Origin: Candidatus Omnitrophota bacterium
GTDB taxonomy: Bacteria > Omnitrophota > Gorgyraeia > Gygaellales > Profunditerraquicolaceae
Length of the DNA: 64,000 nucleotides
Assembly: GCA_017992455.1 (NCBI GenBank)
Contig: JAGOOP010000007.1
Span: forward strand, 2,335 to 66,334
Direction of reading: 5' to 3'
Part shown: one piece after another, positions 36,942 to 47,576 of the stretch
Layout of the letters: the number at the start of each line of letters is the position of its first letter
Numbering within the stretch: the first letter of the stretch is position 1
Notes under the pieces: generated by a model
What the model was told of the DNA's origin: nothing
What the model saw: only the letters and a program-made list of their open reading frames with translations
Databases searched by the model: none
Translations under genes and position numbers: made by a program

Positions 36942-37047
36942 GTTTGTATCCTCCGGTTAAGATACGCGCGCGGCTATGCCGGCCGTGCGCCGTTGATGCC
37001 GATCGAGCGGCAATGACAAAAATTTATTATACTATAATTATCTTGTT

Positions 37048-37497
37048 TTACAATACCTTTAATAGGGAAATTTCCTGGCAGTTGGGGAATTTCGGGCAGT
37101 TGATGCACTCTGCCCAGACCTTATGCGGCAGGGCATCGTGGCGGACCCGCTTAAAACCGAACCGGGTGAAGAACGCGGGCTGATACGTGAGCACAAAGAC
37201 CCGTCCGACTCCGAAGTCTTTTGCCTCTGCAAGGCACGCAGCGACCAGCTGCTTTCCGATGCCTTGGCACTGCCGGTCCTTCCTGACAGCCAGGGACTTG
37301 ACCTCGGCGAGGTCATCCCATGAAACGTGAAGCGCGCAGCAGCCCAGGACCCTGCCGTTCTTTTCATAGACCCAGAAATCCCTGATGCCCTCGTATAATT
37401 CGTTGAGCGAACGCGCAAGCATCAAATCTTTTTTCGCGAACGAATTGATGAGCGTCTGGATCTGTTTAATATCCTTGATTTTCGCTTTTCTGAGCAT
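37048..37497 (-). CDS. GNAT family N-acetyltransferase (short N-acetylglutamate-synthase-like type)
   Basis: Acetyl-CoA motif RKDRQCQGIGKQLV. C-terminal HKVWAECINCPKFPNC element. Confidence 0.7.
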   Translation of the reverse strand: MLRKAKIKDIKQIQTLINSFAKKDLMLARSLNELYEGIRDFWVYEKNGRVLGCCALHVSWDDLAEVKSLAVRKDRQCQGIGKQLVAACLAEAKDFGVGRVFVLTYQPAFFTRFGFKRVRHDALPHKVWAECINCPKFPNCQEISLLKVL

Positions 37498-37506
37498 GGC
37501 TCCCTC

Positions 37507-38736
37507 TTATTTTATCTCGGTGCGCTTGGCGACCACCACGATACCCGACTCGGTCACGACAAACCGCTTGCGGTCCTCGTCAGGATCATAGCCGATCACC
37601 ATGCCCTCGGGTATGGCAACATCTTTATCGATGATAGCCCTGCGTATCCGTGCGTGGCGGGCCACGTTAACGCCTTCCATGAGGATCGAATCCGTGACCT
37701 GGACATAACTATTGATGCGGACATTGGGGGACAGGATCGAGCGCTTGACCTGGCCGCCGGAAATGATACAGCCGCCGGCAACGAGGGAATCGAGCGCAAG
37801 CCCCACCCTGCCGGTGATCTCTTCTCCCGCGAACACGCTTTTGGCGGGCGGGCACTGTTCCTGATAGGTCCTGACCGGCCACTGGCCGTCATACAGGTTG
37901 AAAACCGGGTCCACCTGGACAAGGTCCATGTTCGCCTCATAATACGCGTCGAGCGTGCCGATATCCCTCCAGTACTGGGCGTTTTTTTTGTTCTCGTCGA
38001 TGAAATTATACGCGATGACCTTAAACCCGCCCTTTGCCATGCGCGGGATGATGTCTTTGCCGAAATCATGGGTCGAACGTTCGTCGCGGGCATCGTTATG
38101 GAGCTCCCGGACAAGGACCCCGTGCTTGAAGACATATATCCCCATCGAGGCATATATCTTATCGGGCTTATGCGGGATCGTTTTGGGTTTGAGCGGTTTT
38201 TCCTCAAACCCGATGACGCGTCCGTCCGTATCGACCTCGACAACGCCGAAATGGATCGATTCGTGTTTATCCACTTCGACAACGCTCAGGGTGATGTCCG
38301 CGCTTTCGGCCCGGTGATAATCGACCAGGGTCGCGTAATTCATCTTATACACGTGGTCTCCGGCGAGCACGAGGACCTCGTCCGGATTCTCGATCTCGAG
38401 CGTGTTGAGGTTCTGGTAGATCGCATCGGCGGTGCCGAGATACCATGATCCGCCCGTGCGCTGCTGGGCGGGAATGACCTCGATGTATTCGTTCAGCTCC
38501 GAAGACAGGATGTTCCAGCCGAGGCGGATATGCCGCTGGAGCGACGCGGACTTATACTGGGTCAGGACATTGACCCTGCGCATGCCGGAATTGATGCAAT
38601 TGCTCAGAGTAAAATCGATGATGCGGTAGATGCCGCCGAAGGGCACGGCCGGCTTGGTCCGGTCCTTGGTCAAAGGCCACAGCCGCTCGCCTTTTCCGCC
38701 GGCCATGATGAACGTCACGACGTTTCTTTTGATCAT
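37507..38736 (-). CDS. glgC: glucose-1-phosphate adenylyltransferase
   Basis: FIMAGGKGERLWPLTKDRTKPAVPFGG.YRIIDF..SNCINSG, with a left-handed beta-helix C-terminus. Confidence 0.9.
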   Translation of the reverse strand: MIKRNVVTFIMAGGKGERLWPLTKDRTKPAVPFGGIYRIIDFTLSNCINSGMRRVNVLTQYKSASLQRHIRLGWNILSSELNEYIEVIPAQQRTGGSWYLGTADAIYQNLNTLEIENPDEVLVLAGDHVYKMNYATLVDYHRAESADITLSVVEVDKHESIHFGVVEVDTDGRVIGFEEKPLKPKTIPHKPDKIYASMGIYVFKHGVLVRELHNDARDERSTHDFGKDIIPRMAKGGFKVIAYNFIDENKKNAQYWRDIGTLDAYYEANMDLVQVDPVFNLYDGQWPVRTYQEQCPPAKSVFAGEEITGRVGLALDSLVAGGCIISGGQVKRSILSPNVRINSYVQVTDSILMEGVNVARHARIRRAIIDKDVAIPEGMVIGYDPDEDRKRFVVTESGIVVVAKRTEIK

Positions 38737-38742
38737 AGAAGA

Positions 38743-39357
38743 TTACTGCCCGAGGAAATTGACCGCGATGGTGGATAGAACGCCCTTACGGACCATCATG
38801 ACGCCGATGGCCGCAAGCAGGATATACATTATTTTTGCAAGCGCCCGCAATCCGGTCTGTCCGAACAGCCTGACCAGAAGATCGGATTTGACGAGCGTCA
38901 GCCAGACGATGAGCATATTGAGCATGACCGCAGCCAGCGTCGGCATCAGGCCATACGCGTCGACCATGATCAATGTGGTCGTCAAAACCGCAGGGCCGGT
39001 GATCAACGGGGTTCCCATGGGGAATACCCCGAGGTCCGTGCCGCGGCCGTCGCTCAAGAACCCCTTGGTGCTGCCGGGAAGCAAAAGCCGCGCCGATATG
39101 ATGAACAACAATGCGCCGCCGGCGACCTGGAAATCTGGGATCGTAATGCCGATAAAACGCAGGACTGCCTTGCCGACGAACATGAAAACGAGCGCGACAA
39201 CGGTCGCGGTCGTGACAGAGTCCCTGACGACCCTGCGCCGGTCCTTCCTGCTCATGCCCTCGACAAGGGAAATAAAAATAGGAATATTCCCCAGCGAATC
39301 CACGGCAACGAACAACGCAACGAACGTCAGCAAATAGGATTCAAGCGCGCTCACCAT
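38743..39357 (-). CDS. MarC family (UPF0056) integral membrane protein
   Basis: 204 aa, six TM. FVALFVAVDSLGNIPIFISL is the signature N-terminus. Confidence 0.8.
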   Translation of the reverse strand: MVSALESYLLTFVALFVAVDSLGNIPIFISLVEGMSRKDRRRVVRDSVTTATVVALVFMFVGKAVLRFIGITIPDFQVAGGALLFIISARLLLPGSTKGFLSDGRGTDLGVFPMGTPLITGPAVLTTTLIMVDAYGLMPTLAAVMLNMLIVWLTLVKSDLLVRLFGQTGLRALAKIMYILLAAIGVMMVRKGVLSTIAVNFLGQ

Positions 39358-39373
39358 GGCAGTATTATAGCAT

Positions 39374-39413
39374 AAAAAAAACGGGGTCAGAATTATTTAT
39401 TTCCAACCCCGTT
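39374..39413. repeat. repeat family A, left arm only with short fold-back
   Basis: AAAAAAAACGGGGTCAGAATTATTTATTTCC is followed by AACCCCGTT, which pairs only with the AACGGGG part. There is no full right arm. Confidence 0.75.
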
Positions 39414-39491
39414 AAATAATAGGGACGGTTCTCCTTTTCTCCTTTTCCCGCGAACCAGGCAGTTGGAAAAGGAGAACCGTCCCTATTATTT
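39414..39491. repeat. repeat family B palindrome (core TAGGGACGGTTCTC)
   Basis: Arms 39414-39438 (AAATAATAGGGACGGTTCTCCTTTT) and 39467-39491 are perfect reverse complements. The truA stop codon (39490-39492) overlaps the right arm. Confidence 0.85.
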
Positions 39492-40233
39492 AATACCTCA
39501 CCCGTAGCAAGCACAGGCCGCGGGCCGGAGCGGTCGGGCCTGCGATCGTGCGGTCTTTCGCGCTCAGCATACTGCGGATGCTCGATACCGGCAGCTTCCC
39601 CCTGCCGATCTCGATGAGCGTGCCGGCTATCCCGCGCACCATCTTATACAAAAACCCCTCGCCCGTTACCCGGATGACGATAACACCGCCTTTATGCGAT
39701 ATGCTGATCCGCCTGATCTGCCGCACGTTGGACATACTGCGGCTCGTCCCTGATGCCCTGAAAGAGGTAAAATCATGTTTGCCGGACAATAGACGGGCTG
39801 CGGCCCGCATGCGGGAAACATCAAGCTTCGCAATGCCGTAATGATACACCAGATTACGGTAAAAAACGTCGCCATACGGCCGGTTCAGGATCGTATATTG
39901 ATACGTTTTCTCTTTCGCATGGTAACGGCTGTGGAAATCAGGCCGGACGTCGGCCGCGGCTGCGACTTTTATATCGTCGGGCAAAAGCGCATTCAGGCCA
40001 TGCTGGAGCTTGCGCAATGAAATGGGGCTGCGGGTCTTGAAATTCGCGGTCTGCTGGCGGGCATGAACGCCCGAATCGGTCCTGCCCGCTCCGGTCACGC
40101 GAACCGATTCCTGCAGGATCTGCTTCAACGCCCTTTCAATGATGGTCTGAATGGTACGGTCGGTGCCGGCCTGCTTCTGCCAGCCGAGGTAATTGGTTCC
40201 GTCATATTGGATGGTCAGGCGGATGTTACGCAT
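39490..40233 (-). CDS. truA: tRNA pseudouridine(38-40) synthase
   Basis: IQYDGTNYLGWQKQ, GAGRTDSGVHA (catalytic Asp); 247 aa. Confidence 0.9.
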   Translation of the reverse strand: MRNIRLTIQYDGTNYLGWQKQAGTDRTIQTIIERALKQILQESVRVTGAGRTDSGVHARQQTANFKTRSPISLRKLQHGLNALLPDDIKVAAAADVRPDFHSRYHAKEKTYQYTILNRPYGDVFYRNLVYHYGIAKLDVSRMRAAARLLSGKHDFTSFRASGTSRSMSNVRQIRRISISHKGGVIVIRVTGEGFLYKMVRGIAGTLIEIGRGKLPVSSIRSMLSAKDRTIAGPTAPARGLCLLRVRY

Positions 40234-40249
40234 GGACAGAACGGTTAAG

Positions 40250-40327
40250 GCTAAAAACGGGGTCAGAATTATTTATTTCCAGCAACAGCGCAGGCGGGAA
40301 ATAAATAATTCTGACCCCGTTTTTAGC
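40250..40327. repeat. repeat family A palindrome (31-nt arms)
   Basis: Arms are GCTAAAAACGGGGTCAGAATTATTTATTTCC (40250-40280) and GGAAATAAATAATTCTGACCCCGTTTTTAGC (40297-40327). Located between the asd stop and the truA start. Confidence 0.9.
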
Positions 40328-40338
40328 ATCCATTTATT

Positions 40339-41364
40339 CTACTTCGTCAATTCCTGCGCGATCTGGACTGCGTTGGACGCGGCGCCCTTGAGCAGGTTGT
40401 CCGAAACGACCCACAGCCACAATCCGTTCTTGACGAACGGGTCTTTGCGGATGCGGCCCACATAGGTCTCGGTCTTGCCTTCCACATCCTTGGGCATGGG
40501 ATACAGGTTGTTCTTCGGGTCGTCGATCACGATGATGCCGGGGGACTTTGCAAGAAGTTTTTTGACTGCATCAGGAGAGATCGGCTTTTTTGTTTCGATA
40601 TATACCGCTTCCGAATGGCCGGTCCTGACCGGAACGCGCACGGTGGTCGCGGTGACCTTGATCTTTTTATCGCCGATGATCTTGTGGGTCTCCTTGACAA
40701 GCTTCCACTCTTCGGAAGTATAGTCGTCCTCGGCAAAACCGCCGATATGCGGGAACACGTTATACGCGAGCTGCTGCGGCATTGCCTTGTTCGGCAGGTT
40801 GACCTGAATGTTCTGATAATCATTCGCCGCGATCTGCTTGAGCTCCTCTTTCATCTGCTCTACCGCTGCCTTGCCTGCGCCTGATGATGCCTGCAGCGTG
40901 GTCACGATCACCCGTTTGATGCCGGCTTTCTTGTGAATCGGGTTCAGCGCAACGACCATCTGCACGGTCGAACAATTCGGATTGGCGATGATCCCTTTGT
41001 GTTTCTTGATCTCTTTTGCGTTGACTTCGGGGACAATAAGCGGCACACTCGGGTCCATGCGGAAGTCAGCGCCGTTATCAATGACCACTGCGCCTCTCTT
41101 CACCGCTTCGCGCGCATAGGTGACTGCCGCACCTTTCTCTCCTTCGGTCCCGGCGAACAAAGCGATATCCATGCCCTTGAAAGAATCAGGCGATATCGCC
41201 TCGACATTATATTTATCCCCGTCAACGTCGATCTGCCGGGCGGACCGCGCCAGGACTTTCAAAGTTCCGACGGGAAAATTAAACCGCTTCAGGCACCGCA
41301 GCATCTCTATGCCGACAACGCCGGCGCCAACCACCGCCACATTATACTTCGATTTCTTGATCAT
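40339..41364 (-). CDS. asd: aspartate-semialdehyde dehydrogenase
   Basis: VAVVGAGVVG, NPNCST (catalytic Cys); 341 aa. Confidence 0.9.
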   Translation of the reverse strand: MIKKSKYNVAVVGAGVVGIEMLRCLKRFNFPVGTLKVLARSARQIDVDGDKYNVEAISPDSFKGMDIALFAGTEGEKGAAVTYAREAVKRGAVVIDNGADFRMDPSVPLIVPEVNAKEIKKHKGIIANPNCSTVQMVVALNPIHKKAGIKRVIVTTLQASSGAGKAAVEQMKEELKQIAANDYQNIQVNLPNKAMPQQLAYNVFPHIGGFAEDDYTSEEWKLVKETHKIIGDKKIKVTATTVRVPVRTGHSEAVYIETKKPISPDAVKKLLAKSPGIIVIDDPKNNLYPMPKDVEGKTETYVGRIRKDPFVKNGLWLWVVSDNLLKGAASNAVQIAQELTK

Positions 41365-41391
41365 ATCTATCCTCCGGGAAAGCAGGGGACT

Positions 41392-41471
41392 GCTAAAAAC
41401 GGGGTCAGAATTATTTATTTTCCCGCAATCAAACCTATCTGAAAATAAATAATTCTGACCCCGTTTTTAGC
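41392..41471. repeat. repeat family A palindrome (31-nt arms)
   Basis: Arms are GCTAAAAACGGGGTCAGAATTATTTATTTTC (41392-41422) and GAAAATAAATAATTCTGACCCCGTTTTTAGC (41441-41471). Located between the leuB stop and the asd start. Confidence 0.9.
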
Positions 41472-41481
41472 CCCCTATTAT

Positions 41482-42531
41482 TTAAAGGTTCTTGACGACC
41501 AGGTCGCCGACTTCGGTCGTGGAAAAGCCCATTTTGCCTGCTGCAAGAGATTTCAGTTTCTTCGTCGCAACGGCGATAACCGCGGCCTCGACCGATTTAG
41601 CCGCTTTTGTTTCGCCCAGATGTTCAAGCATCATGCCTGCCGCGCAGATCGCTGCGAGCGGATTGATGACATTCTTGCCTGTATATTTCGGAGCAGATCC
41701 GCCGATCGGCTCGAACATCGACACGCCCTGCGGGTTGATATTGCCGCCCGCGGCAATGCCCATGCCGCCCTGGATCATGGCGCCGAGATCCGTGATGATA
41801 TCGCCGAACAGGTTGTCAGTAACGATCACGTCGAACCACTCCGGGTTCTTGACGAACCACATGGTGGTCGCATCGACGTGCACGTAATTGGTGGTGATCA
41901 TCGGATACTCTCTGGCGACCTCGTTGAATGTCCGTTCCCACAGGTCCCAGGCAAAGGTCAGGACATTGGTCTTGCCGCACAACGTCAGCTGTTTTTTCTT
42001 ATTGCGCTTCTTGCACAATTCAAACGCATACCGGATGCAGCGCTCAACGCCCTTGCGCGTGTTATACGAGATCTGGATCGCCAGCTCATCTTTCGTGCCC
42101 TTATCCTTGAACTCGCCCATGCCTTTATACAGCCCCTCGGAGTTCTCGCGCACGACGACGAAATCGATATCAGCCGGCTTCTTGTCCTTCAAGGGGCAGA
42201 ACCGGTCGTCATACAGCTTGACCGGGCGCAGGTTGATATACTGGTCAAGGGCAAAACGAAGTTTGAGCAAAATCCCCGTTTCGAGGATGCCCGGCTTGAC
42301 ATCGGGATGGCCGATCGCGCCCAGAAGGATCGCTGAATACTGCTTTAACGCGCGCACATCGTCATCGTCAATGGTCTTGCCGGTCTTCAGATAGCGTTCT
42401 CCGCCGTAATCGAAGGTCTTTGATTCATATTGAAATCCGAATTTTTTGCCCGCGGCATCCAGGACCTTGACCGCCTCTGCCACGACTTCAGGGCCGGTGC
42501 CGTCGCCGGGTATGATCGCTATCTTATGCAT
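41482..42531 (-). CDS. leuB: 3-isopropylmalate dehydrogenase
   Basis: IAIIPGDGTGPEV and NLFGDIITDLGA motifs. Directly downstream of leuCD. Confidence 0.85.
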   Translation of the reverse strand: MHKIAIIPGDGTGPEVVAEAVKVLDAAGKKFGFQYESKTFDYGGERYLKTGKTIDDDDVRALKQYSAILLGAIGHPDVKPGILETGILLKLRFALDQYINLRPVKLYDDRFCPLKDKKPADIDFVVVRENSEGLYKGMGEFKDKGTKDELAIQISYNTRKGVERCIRYAFELCKKRNKKKQLTLCGKTNVLTFAWDLWERTFNEVAREYPMITTNYVHVDATTMWFVKNPEWFDVIVTDNLFGDIITDLGAMIQGGMGIAAGGNINPQGVSMFEPIGGSAPKYTGKNVINPLAAICAAGMMLEHLGETKAAKSVEAAVIAVATKKLKSLAAGKMGFSTTEVGDLVVKNL

Positions 42532-43027
42532 GTTTTGCTCCCTTGGATTTTTTCTGGATGTATTTCATCAGCCCTCCCTGCGCCACGAGTTCCTGCAAAA
42601 ACGGAGGGAATGCCTGTGTCTTGTATGTCTGCCCTCTGGTGATATTGCGCACGGTCCCGGAGCCGAGGTCTATCTCGAGCTCATCGCCCTCGGATATTTT
42701 ATCCACCTCGGTGGATTCAAGGAACGGCAGTCCGATGTTGATGGCATTGCGGAAGAATATGGCGGCAAAACTCGGCGCCAGGACCGCGCGGATGCCGCAG
42801 CCCTTGATCGCGACAGGCGCGTGCTCCCTTGACGAGCCGCACCCGAAATTCTTGCCTGCGACAATGATATCCCCCTCGCGCACGGATGTGACAAAATCCG
42901 GCTTTATCGACTCCATGCAATGGCTGCCGAGCTCTTTCGGATCAGTGGACACGAGATACTTGGCTGCAATGATATCGTCCGTGTTGATATCGTCGCCTAA
43001 TATATGCGCTTTCCCTTTGATGATCAT
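42524..43027 (-). CDS. leuD: 3-isopropylmalate dehydratase small subunit
   Basis: 167 aa. [13 protein letters not shown] motif. 4-nt overlap with leuC. Confidence 0.85.
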   Translation of the reverse strand: MIIKGKAHILGDDINTDDIIAAKYLVSTDPKELGSHCMESIKPDFVTSVREGDIIVAGKNFGCGSSREHAPVAIKGCGIRAVLAPSFAAIFFRNAINIGLPFLESTEVDKISEGDELEIDLGSGTVRNITRGQTYKTQAFPPFLQELVAQGGLMKYIQKKSKGAKHA

Positions 43028-44322
43028 GCGACCTCTTGCGGATGCGTGATCCTGCCGGTCACCGCCGACGCTGCGGCAACGACAGGATTTGACAAATATA
43101 CGAACGATTTCGGAGAACCCATGCGGCCGATAAAATTACGGTTCGTCGTCGCAAGGCACGTCTCGCCTTCGGTCAGGATACCGACGTGGCCGCCGAGGCA
43201 CGGGCCGCAGGTCGGGGTCGAGACGATCCCTCCCGCTTTGATAAATATCTCAACAAGCCCTTCTTCGATCGCCTCACGATAGATCTTCTGCGTCGCGGGG
43301 ATCACGACCAGGCGCATTCCCGCTTTGACCTTTTTGCCCTTTAATATTTTCGCTGCTGCACGCAGGTCAGAGATCCTGCCGTTGGTGCAGGACCCGATGA
43401 CAACCTGATCAAGAACCGTATCTTTTAACGCGCTCACCGGCTTGACATTGCTCGGCAGATGCGGACAGGCAACCTGCGGCTCAAGAGAACTTATATCCCA
43501 CTCATATGTTTGGGCATAATGCGCGTCTTTATCCGATGACATTTTCTTTGAACGCGCTTTTAATGCCGCCGGCTTGATCTTCGATCTCTCATTTTTCAAA
43601 GCCGCTGTCACATATTCCCACGTAATGGCATCCGGCTCGATAATGCCTGCGCGCGCGCCTGCCTCAATAGCCATATTGGACATGGAGAACCTGCCGTCCA
43701 TATCGAGCTTTTCGATGACCGGGCCGGTGAACTCCATTGCGCAATATAATGCGCCGTCAACGCCGATCCTGCCGATCGTGTATAAAATAAGGTCCTTGCC
43801 GCTCAGCCATTTGCCGAGCTTTCCTTTATATATGAATTTGATGGATTCAGGCACCTTGAACCAGCATTTGCCGTCGGCATACGCGCGGGCAAGATCAGTG
43901 GAACCCAGGCCGGTCGAATAGCAGCCAAGCGCGCCGTAGGTGCACGTGTGGGAATCAGCGCCGATAACCAGATCTCCGGGCAGGACAACCGCCTTTTCAG
44001 GCAGGAGCGCATGTTCGATACCCATACAGCCGATCTCGTAATAATGGGTGATCTTCTGCTCGCGGGCAAAGGTCTGCAGTATCTTTGCCTGGTTTGCGCT
44101 GCGCTGGTCTTTGGCAGGGGTGAAATGGTCGGGCACAAGCACGACCTTTTTGCGGTCAAAGACTTTCGTAAAACCCGCTTTTTGGAACTCCTCAATGGCC
44201 AGAGGCGCGGTAATATCGTTGCCTAACGCGATATCGACATTGGCTTCGATAAAATCGCCGGGCCGGACATGTTTCAGTCCGGCATGAGCCATCAGGATCT
44301 TTTCAGCTATAGTATACGGCAT
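43024..44322 (-). CDS. leuC: 3-isopropylmalate dehydratase large subunit (short, archaeal-like type)
   Basis: 432 aa aconitase-family protein. [19 protein letters not shown] and TPTCGPCLG cluster ligands. Confidence 0.85.
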   Translation of the reverse strand: MPYTIAEKILMAHAGLKHVRPGDFIEANVDIALGNDITAPLAIEEFQKAGFTKVFDRKKVVLVPDHFTPAKDQRSANQAKILQTFAREQKITHYYEIGCMGIEHALLPEKAVVLPGDLVIGADSHTCTYGALGCYSTGLGSTDLARAYADGKCWFKVPESIKFIYKGKLGKWLSGKDLILYTIGRIGVDGALYCAMEFTGPVIEKLDMDGRFSMSNMAIEAGARAGIIEPDAITWEYVTAALKNERSKIKPAALKARSKKMSSDKDAHYAQTYEWDISSLEPQVACPHLPSNVKPVSALKDTVLDQVVIGSCTNGRISDLRAAAKILKGKKVKAGMRLVVIPATQKIYREAIEEGLVEIFIKAGGIVSTPTCGPCLGGHVGILTEGETCLATTNRNFIGRMGSPKSFVYLSNPVVAAASAVTGRITHPQEVA

Positions 44323-44330
44323 AGGTCCGG

Positions 44331-45578
44331 TTATTTTCCGGTAAACTTCTTTACTGCCAGCGTTGCGTTATGGCCGCCGAAACCGAGCGAATTCGACAAA
44401 GCCACGTTGATCGGGGTGCGGCGTGCGGTATTGGGGACATAATCGAGGTCGCAGTCAGGATCGGGAAACTCGTAATTTGTGGTCGGCGGCGCGATATCTT
44501 CTTTTACTGCAAGGCACGAAACGACGAACTCATAACCGCCCGCTGCGCCGAGCATATGGCCGGTCATGGACTTGGTAGAACTGACCATGACTTTCTTCGC
44601 GTGGCTGCCGAGCGCTTTCTTGATCGCGAGCGTCTCGCCTTTATCGTTCAGTTTGGTCGATGTTCCGTGGGCATTGATATAATCGACCTGTTCCGGATTT
44701 ACCCCGGCGTCTTTCAATGCCCATTTGATCGCCAAAGACGCGCCCACGCCTTCGGGATCGGGCGCGGTCGAGTGGTACGCGTCGCACGATGCGCCGTATC
44801 CGGCGAATTCCGCGTAGATCTTCGCACCCCTTTTCTGCGCATGCTCCAGAGACTCAAGCACGACGATCCCGCATCCTTCAGCCATGACAAAGCCGTCGCG
44901 CTGAAGGTCAAAAGGACGGGACGCTTTCTGCGGAGCGTCATTCCTCGTAGAGAGCGCCTTTAAGGCGCAGAAGCCGCCTACGCCAAGCTTGGTGATACAG
45001 CTCTCGGTGCCGCCGGATATCATGACATCCGCGTCTCCCCGCTGGATGACCCGCAAGGCATCGCCGAGCGCATGCGAGCCTGACGCGCACGCGGTCGTTA
45101 CGCATGCGTTCGGGCCCATTAAACCATAGGTTATGGCGATATGGCCCGCCGCCTCGTTCACAATAAGGCTCGGGATCAAAAAAGGCGATATCCGCGACGG
45201 CCCTTTTTTCAGGACAACCTCGTATTCTTCCTCTATGATCCGCAGACTCCCGATGCCTGAGCCGACGATGACGCCGATGCGCTCCCGGTCCTCTTTCTCC
45301 GCATCCAGGCCGGAATCAACGATCGCCTGTTTTGTGGATGCAAGCGCATACTGCACGAATTTTTCAAAGCGTTTGGCGTCCTTGGCAGACATGCCGAAGG
45401 TAAGCGGATCGAACCCTTTCACTTCGGATGCGATCCGCGCATCATACGCGGAAACGTCAAACGTCTGCAGCGGCCCGATGCCCGAAACCCCTTCGCATAA
45501 AGCCTTCCAGTTCGCCTCGACGCTGTTTCCGAGCGAGGATATGAGCCCTAACCCTGTAACGACAACACGTTTTTCCAT
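44331..45578 (-). CDS. fabF: beta-ketoacyl-ACP synthase II
   Basis: TACASGSHA (active Cys), HGTST and NSLGFGGHN motifs. Confidence 0.9.
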   Translation of the reverse strand: MEKRVVVTGLGLISSLGNSVEANWKALCEGVSGIGPLQTFDVSAYDARIASEVKGFDPLTFGMSAKDAKRFEKFVQYALASTKQAIVDSGLDAEKEDRERIGVIVGSGIGSLRIIEEEYEVVLKKGPSRISPFLIPSLIVNEAAGHIAITYGLMGPNACVTTACASGSHALGDALRVIQRGDADVMISGGTESCITKLGVGGFCALKALSTRNDAPQKASRPFDLQRDGFVMAEGCGIVVLESLEHAQKRGAKIYAEFAGYGASCDAYHSTAPDPEGVGASLAIKWALKDAGVNPEQVDYINAHGTSTKLNDKGETLAIKKALGSHAKKVMVSSTKSMTGHMLGAAGGYEFVVSCLAVKEDIAPPTTNYEFPDPDCDLDYVPNTARRTPINVALSNSLGFGGHNATLAVKKFTGK

Positions 45579-45596
45579 ACGAAACCATTAACATTT

Positions 45597-45633
45597 TGCC
45601 CCCCTTATCGCGTTTAACCGGTCAAGGGGGGCA
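45597..45633. other. 10-bp G/C-rich stem-loop in the acpP-fabF intergenic region
   Basis: TGCCCCCCTT (45597-45606) pairs with AAGGGGGGCA (45624-45633), with a 17-nt loop. No T-run follows on the transcribed (minus) strand. Confidence 0.5.
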
Positions 45634-45662
45634 TATGTTTATATTAAACGACGCATGAATCT

Positions 45663-45902
45663 TTATTTATTCGCGGTCTTCTCGTCGATATACTTTACTG
45701 CATCAGCGACTTTTGTGATCTTCTCCGCATCCTCATCAGGGATCTCGATGCCGAATTCCTCTTCGAATGCCATGACCAGTTCGACGGTATCAAGAGAATC
45801 GGCGCCCAGATCGTCCACAAACGACGCGTCCGGCACCACTTCTTCGGGCTTGACCCCTAACTGCTCGGCAATGATCGCTTTCACTTTCTCTTCAACAGCC
45901 AT
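45663..45902 (-). CDS. acpP: acyl carrier protein
   Basis: [20 protein letters not shown]; 79 aa. Confidence 0.95.
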   Translation of the reverse strand: MAVEEKVKAIIAEQLGVKPEEVVPDASFVDDLGADSLDTVELVMAFEEEFGIEIPDEDAEKITKVADAVKYIDEKTANK

Positions 45903-45916
45903 TCTTCCTCCTTGAT

Positions 45917-46663
45917 TTATACCATCACCATGCCACCGTCCACGACGATCGTCTGGCCGGTTATATAATCCGCCTCGTTCGAGGCCAGGAACAAACAGGC
46001 ATTCGCCACGTCTTTGGGCGTTCCCAGTTTCGCCATCGGTATTGCGGACATCATCTTCGCCTTGACGTCCTCCGGCAGTTTAGCGGTCATCTCGGTCTGG
46101 ATGAACCCCGGAGCGATGGCGTTGACCGTGACATTGCGCGCCGCAAGCTCCCGCGCGGCCGTCTTGGTCAGGGCAATGATGCCTGCTTTCGATGCGGCAT
46201 AATTCGCCTGCCCGTAATTACCGATAATGCCGATGATCGATGCGATGTTGACGATCCTGCCGGAACGCTGTTTGCTCATGGGGCGAAAAACCGCCTTTGT
46301 GCAGTTGAACGTGCCTTTCAGGTTCACGCTCAGCACCGCGTCCCACTCCTGCTGGGACATCCTCAGCAAAAGATTGTCCTTGGTTATCCCTGCATTGTTA
46401 ACTAATATATCAAGCTTGCCGTATTTGTCAAGAATTTTATTAACAGCAGTCTCGACCATCTCGAAATTCGTCACATCTACCTGCTCGGCAAGGGTTTTCC
46501 TGCCTAATGACTCTATCTCTTTGCAGGTGTTCATGGCATCAGCCTGATTGACGTCCCAGATAACGATATCCGCCCCTTCGCCCGCAAGGGTCATGGCGAT
46601 CTCGCGGCCGATGCCCCGAGCGCCGCCGGTAACCAGGGCGACTTTTCCCTCTAATCTCATCAT
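45917..46663 (-). CDS. fabG: 3-oxoacyl-ACP reductase
   Basis: [15 protein letters not shown] and YAASKAG motifs. Confidence 0.9.
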   Translation of the reverse strand: MMRLEGKVALVTGGARGIGREIAMTLAGEGADIVIWDVNQADAMNTCKEIESLGRKTLAEQVDVTNFEMVETAVNKILDKYGKLDILVNNAGITKDNLLLRMSQQEWDAVLSVNLKGTFNCTKAVFRPMSKQRSGRIVNIASIIGIIGNYGQANYAASKAGIIALTKTAARELAARNVTVNAIAPGFIQTEMTAKLPEDVKAKMMSAIPMAKLGTPKDVANACLFLASNEADYITGQTIVVDGGMVMV

Positions 46664-47568
46664 TATCCTCCTATATCTTTCGTTTTTTCAACATTCGCGA
46701 CTGACACAGCCGGGTCTATCCTGCGCATCAGGCCTTTGAGCACTTTGCCGGGTCCGAATTCGATGAACCGGGTCACGCCCTGTGCCAGCGCATATCTCAT
46801 GGATTCTTCCCAGCGGACGGAAGAATATATCTGTTTTACGAGGTTCTCTTTGATCCGGACGCTTTGCTGCTCGGGCTGCGCCGTAAAATTTGCGATGACC
46901 GGGACCTGCGCGTCGCGTATGGTGATCCTGTCCAGAGCCTCCTGCAGCTTAACAGACGCCTCTCGCATCAGCGAAGAATGAAAACCGCCTGAAACCTCAA
47001 GAGGGATCACCCGTTTGGCCCCTGCCTGCTGGCAGGCATCCTGGGCCTTCCGAACGCTCTCGGAATTGCCGGTGATAACAACCTGGCCCGGGCAGTTCAG
47101 ATTGGCTATTTCTGCGCCTGTATCCCGGCAGATCGCGCGGAGTTTCTCGATATCAAGCTCCAGGACCGCGGCCATGGTACCCGGATGAGCCCGTGCCGCA
47201 GCTTCCATGATCTCCCCGCGCTTTTTGATAAGCGCAATACCCTGCTTGAAATCTATGCTGCCTGCTGCGATCAACGCGCTGTATTCTCCAAGGCTTAAGC
47301 CCGCGCAGAATGACGGCGTGACCGGCTGGCGTTTCCTGAACGCCTCGTATGCCGCGATCGTCATGGTGACGATGGCAGGCTGGGAGATATTCGTCGGCTT
47401 TAACGCGCTGTCAGGGCCTTCGAACATGGCCTTTTTCAGGTCGAACCCGAGCGCGTCGCACGCCTCGTCGATAACGGCCCTGCTTTCAGGGAAAGAGTCA
47501 TAGAGGTCCTTGCCCATGCCGCTGTACTGGCTTCCCTGGCCTGCGAATAAAAATGCCGTCTTTTCCAT
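46663..47568 (-). CDS. fabD: malonyl CoA-ACP transacylase
   Basis: The ATG at 47568 gives [24 protein letters not shown] (active Ser). The track start at 47583 is a GTG inside fabH. Confidence 0.9.
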   Translation of the reverse strand: MEKTAFLFAGQGSQYSGMGKDLYDSFPESRAVIDEACDALGFDLKKAMFEGPDSALKPTNISQPAIVTMTIAAYEAFRKRQPVTPSFCAGLSLGEYSALIAAGSIDFKQGIALIKKRGEIMEAAARAHPGTMAAVLELDIEKLRAICRDTGAEIANLNCPGQVVITGNSESVRKAQDACQQAGAKRVIPLEVSGGFHSSLMREASVKLQEALDRITIRDAQVPVIANFTAQPEQQSVRIKENLVKQIYSSVRWEESMRYALAQGVTRFIEFGPGKVLKGLMRRIDPAVSVANVEKTKDIGG

Positions 47569-47576
47569 ACCGGGAT

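Noticed and set aside
37596-38448. 228-aa and 264-aa alternative-frame or antisense ORFs within glgC
   Set aside because: glgC is conserved along its full length in the annotated frame. The alternatives are Arg/Ser-rich shadow frames.
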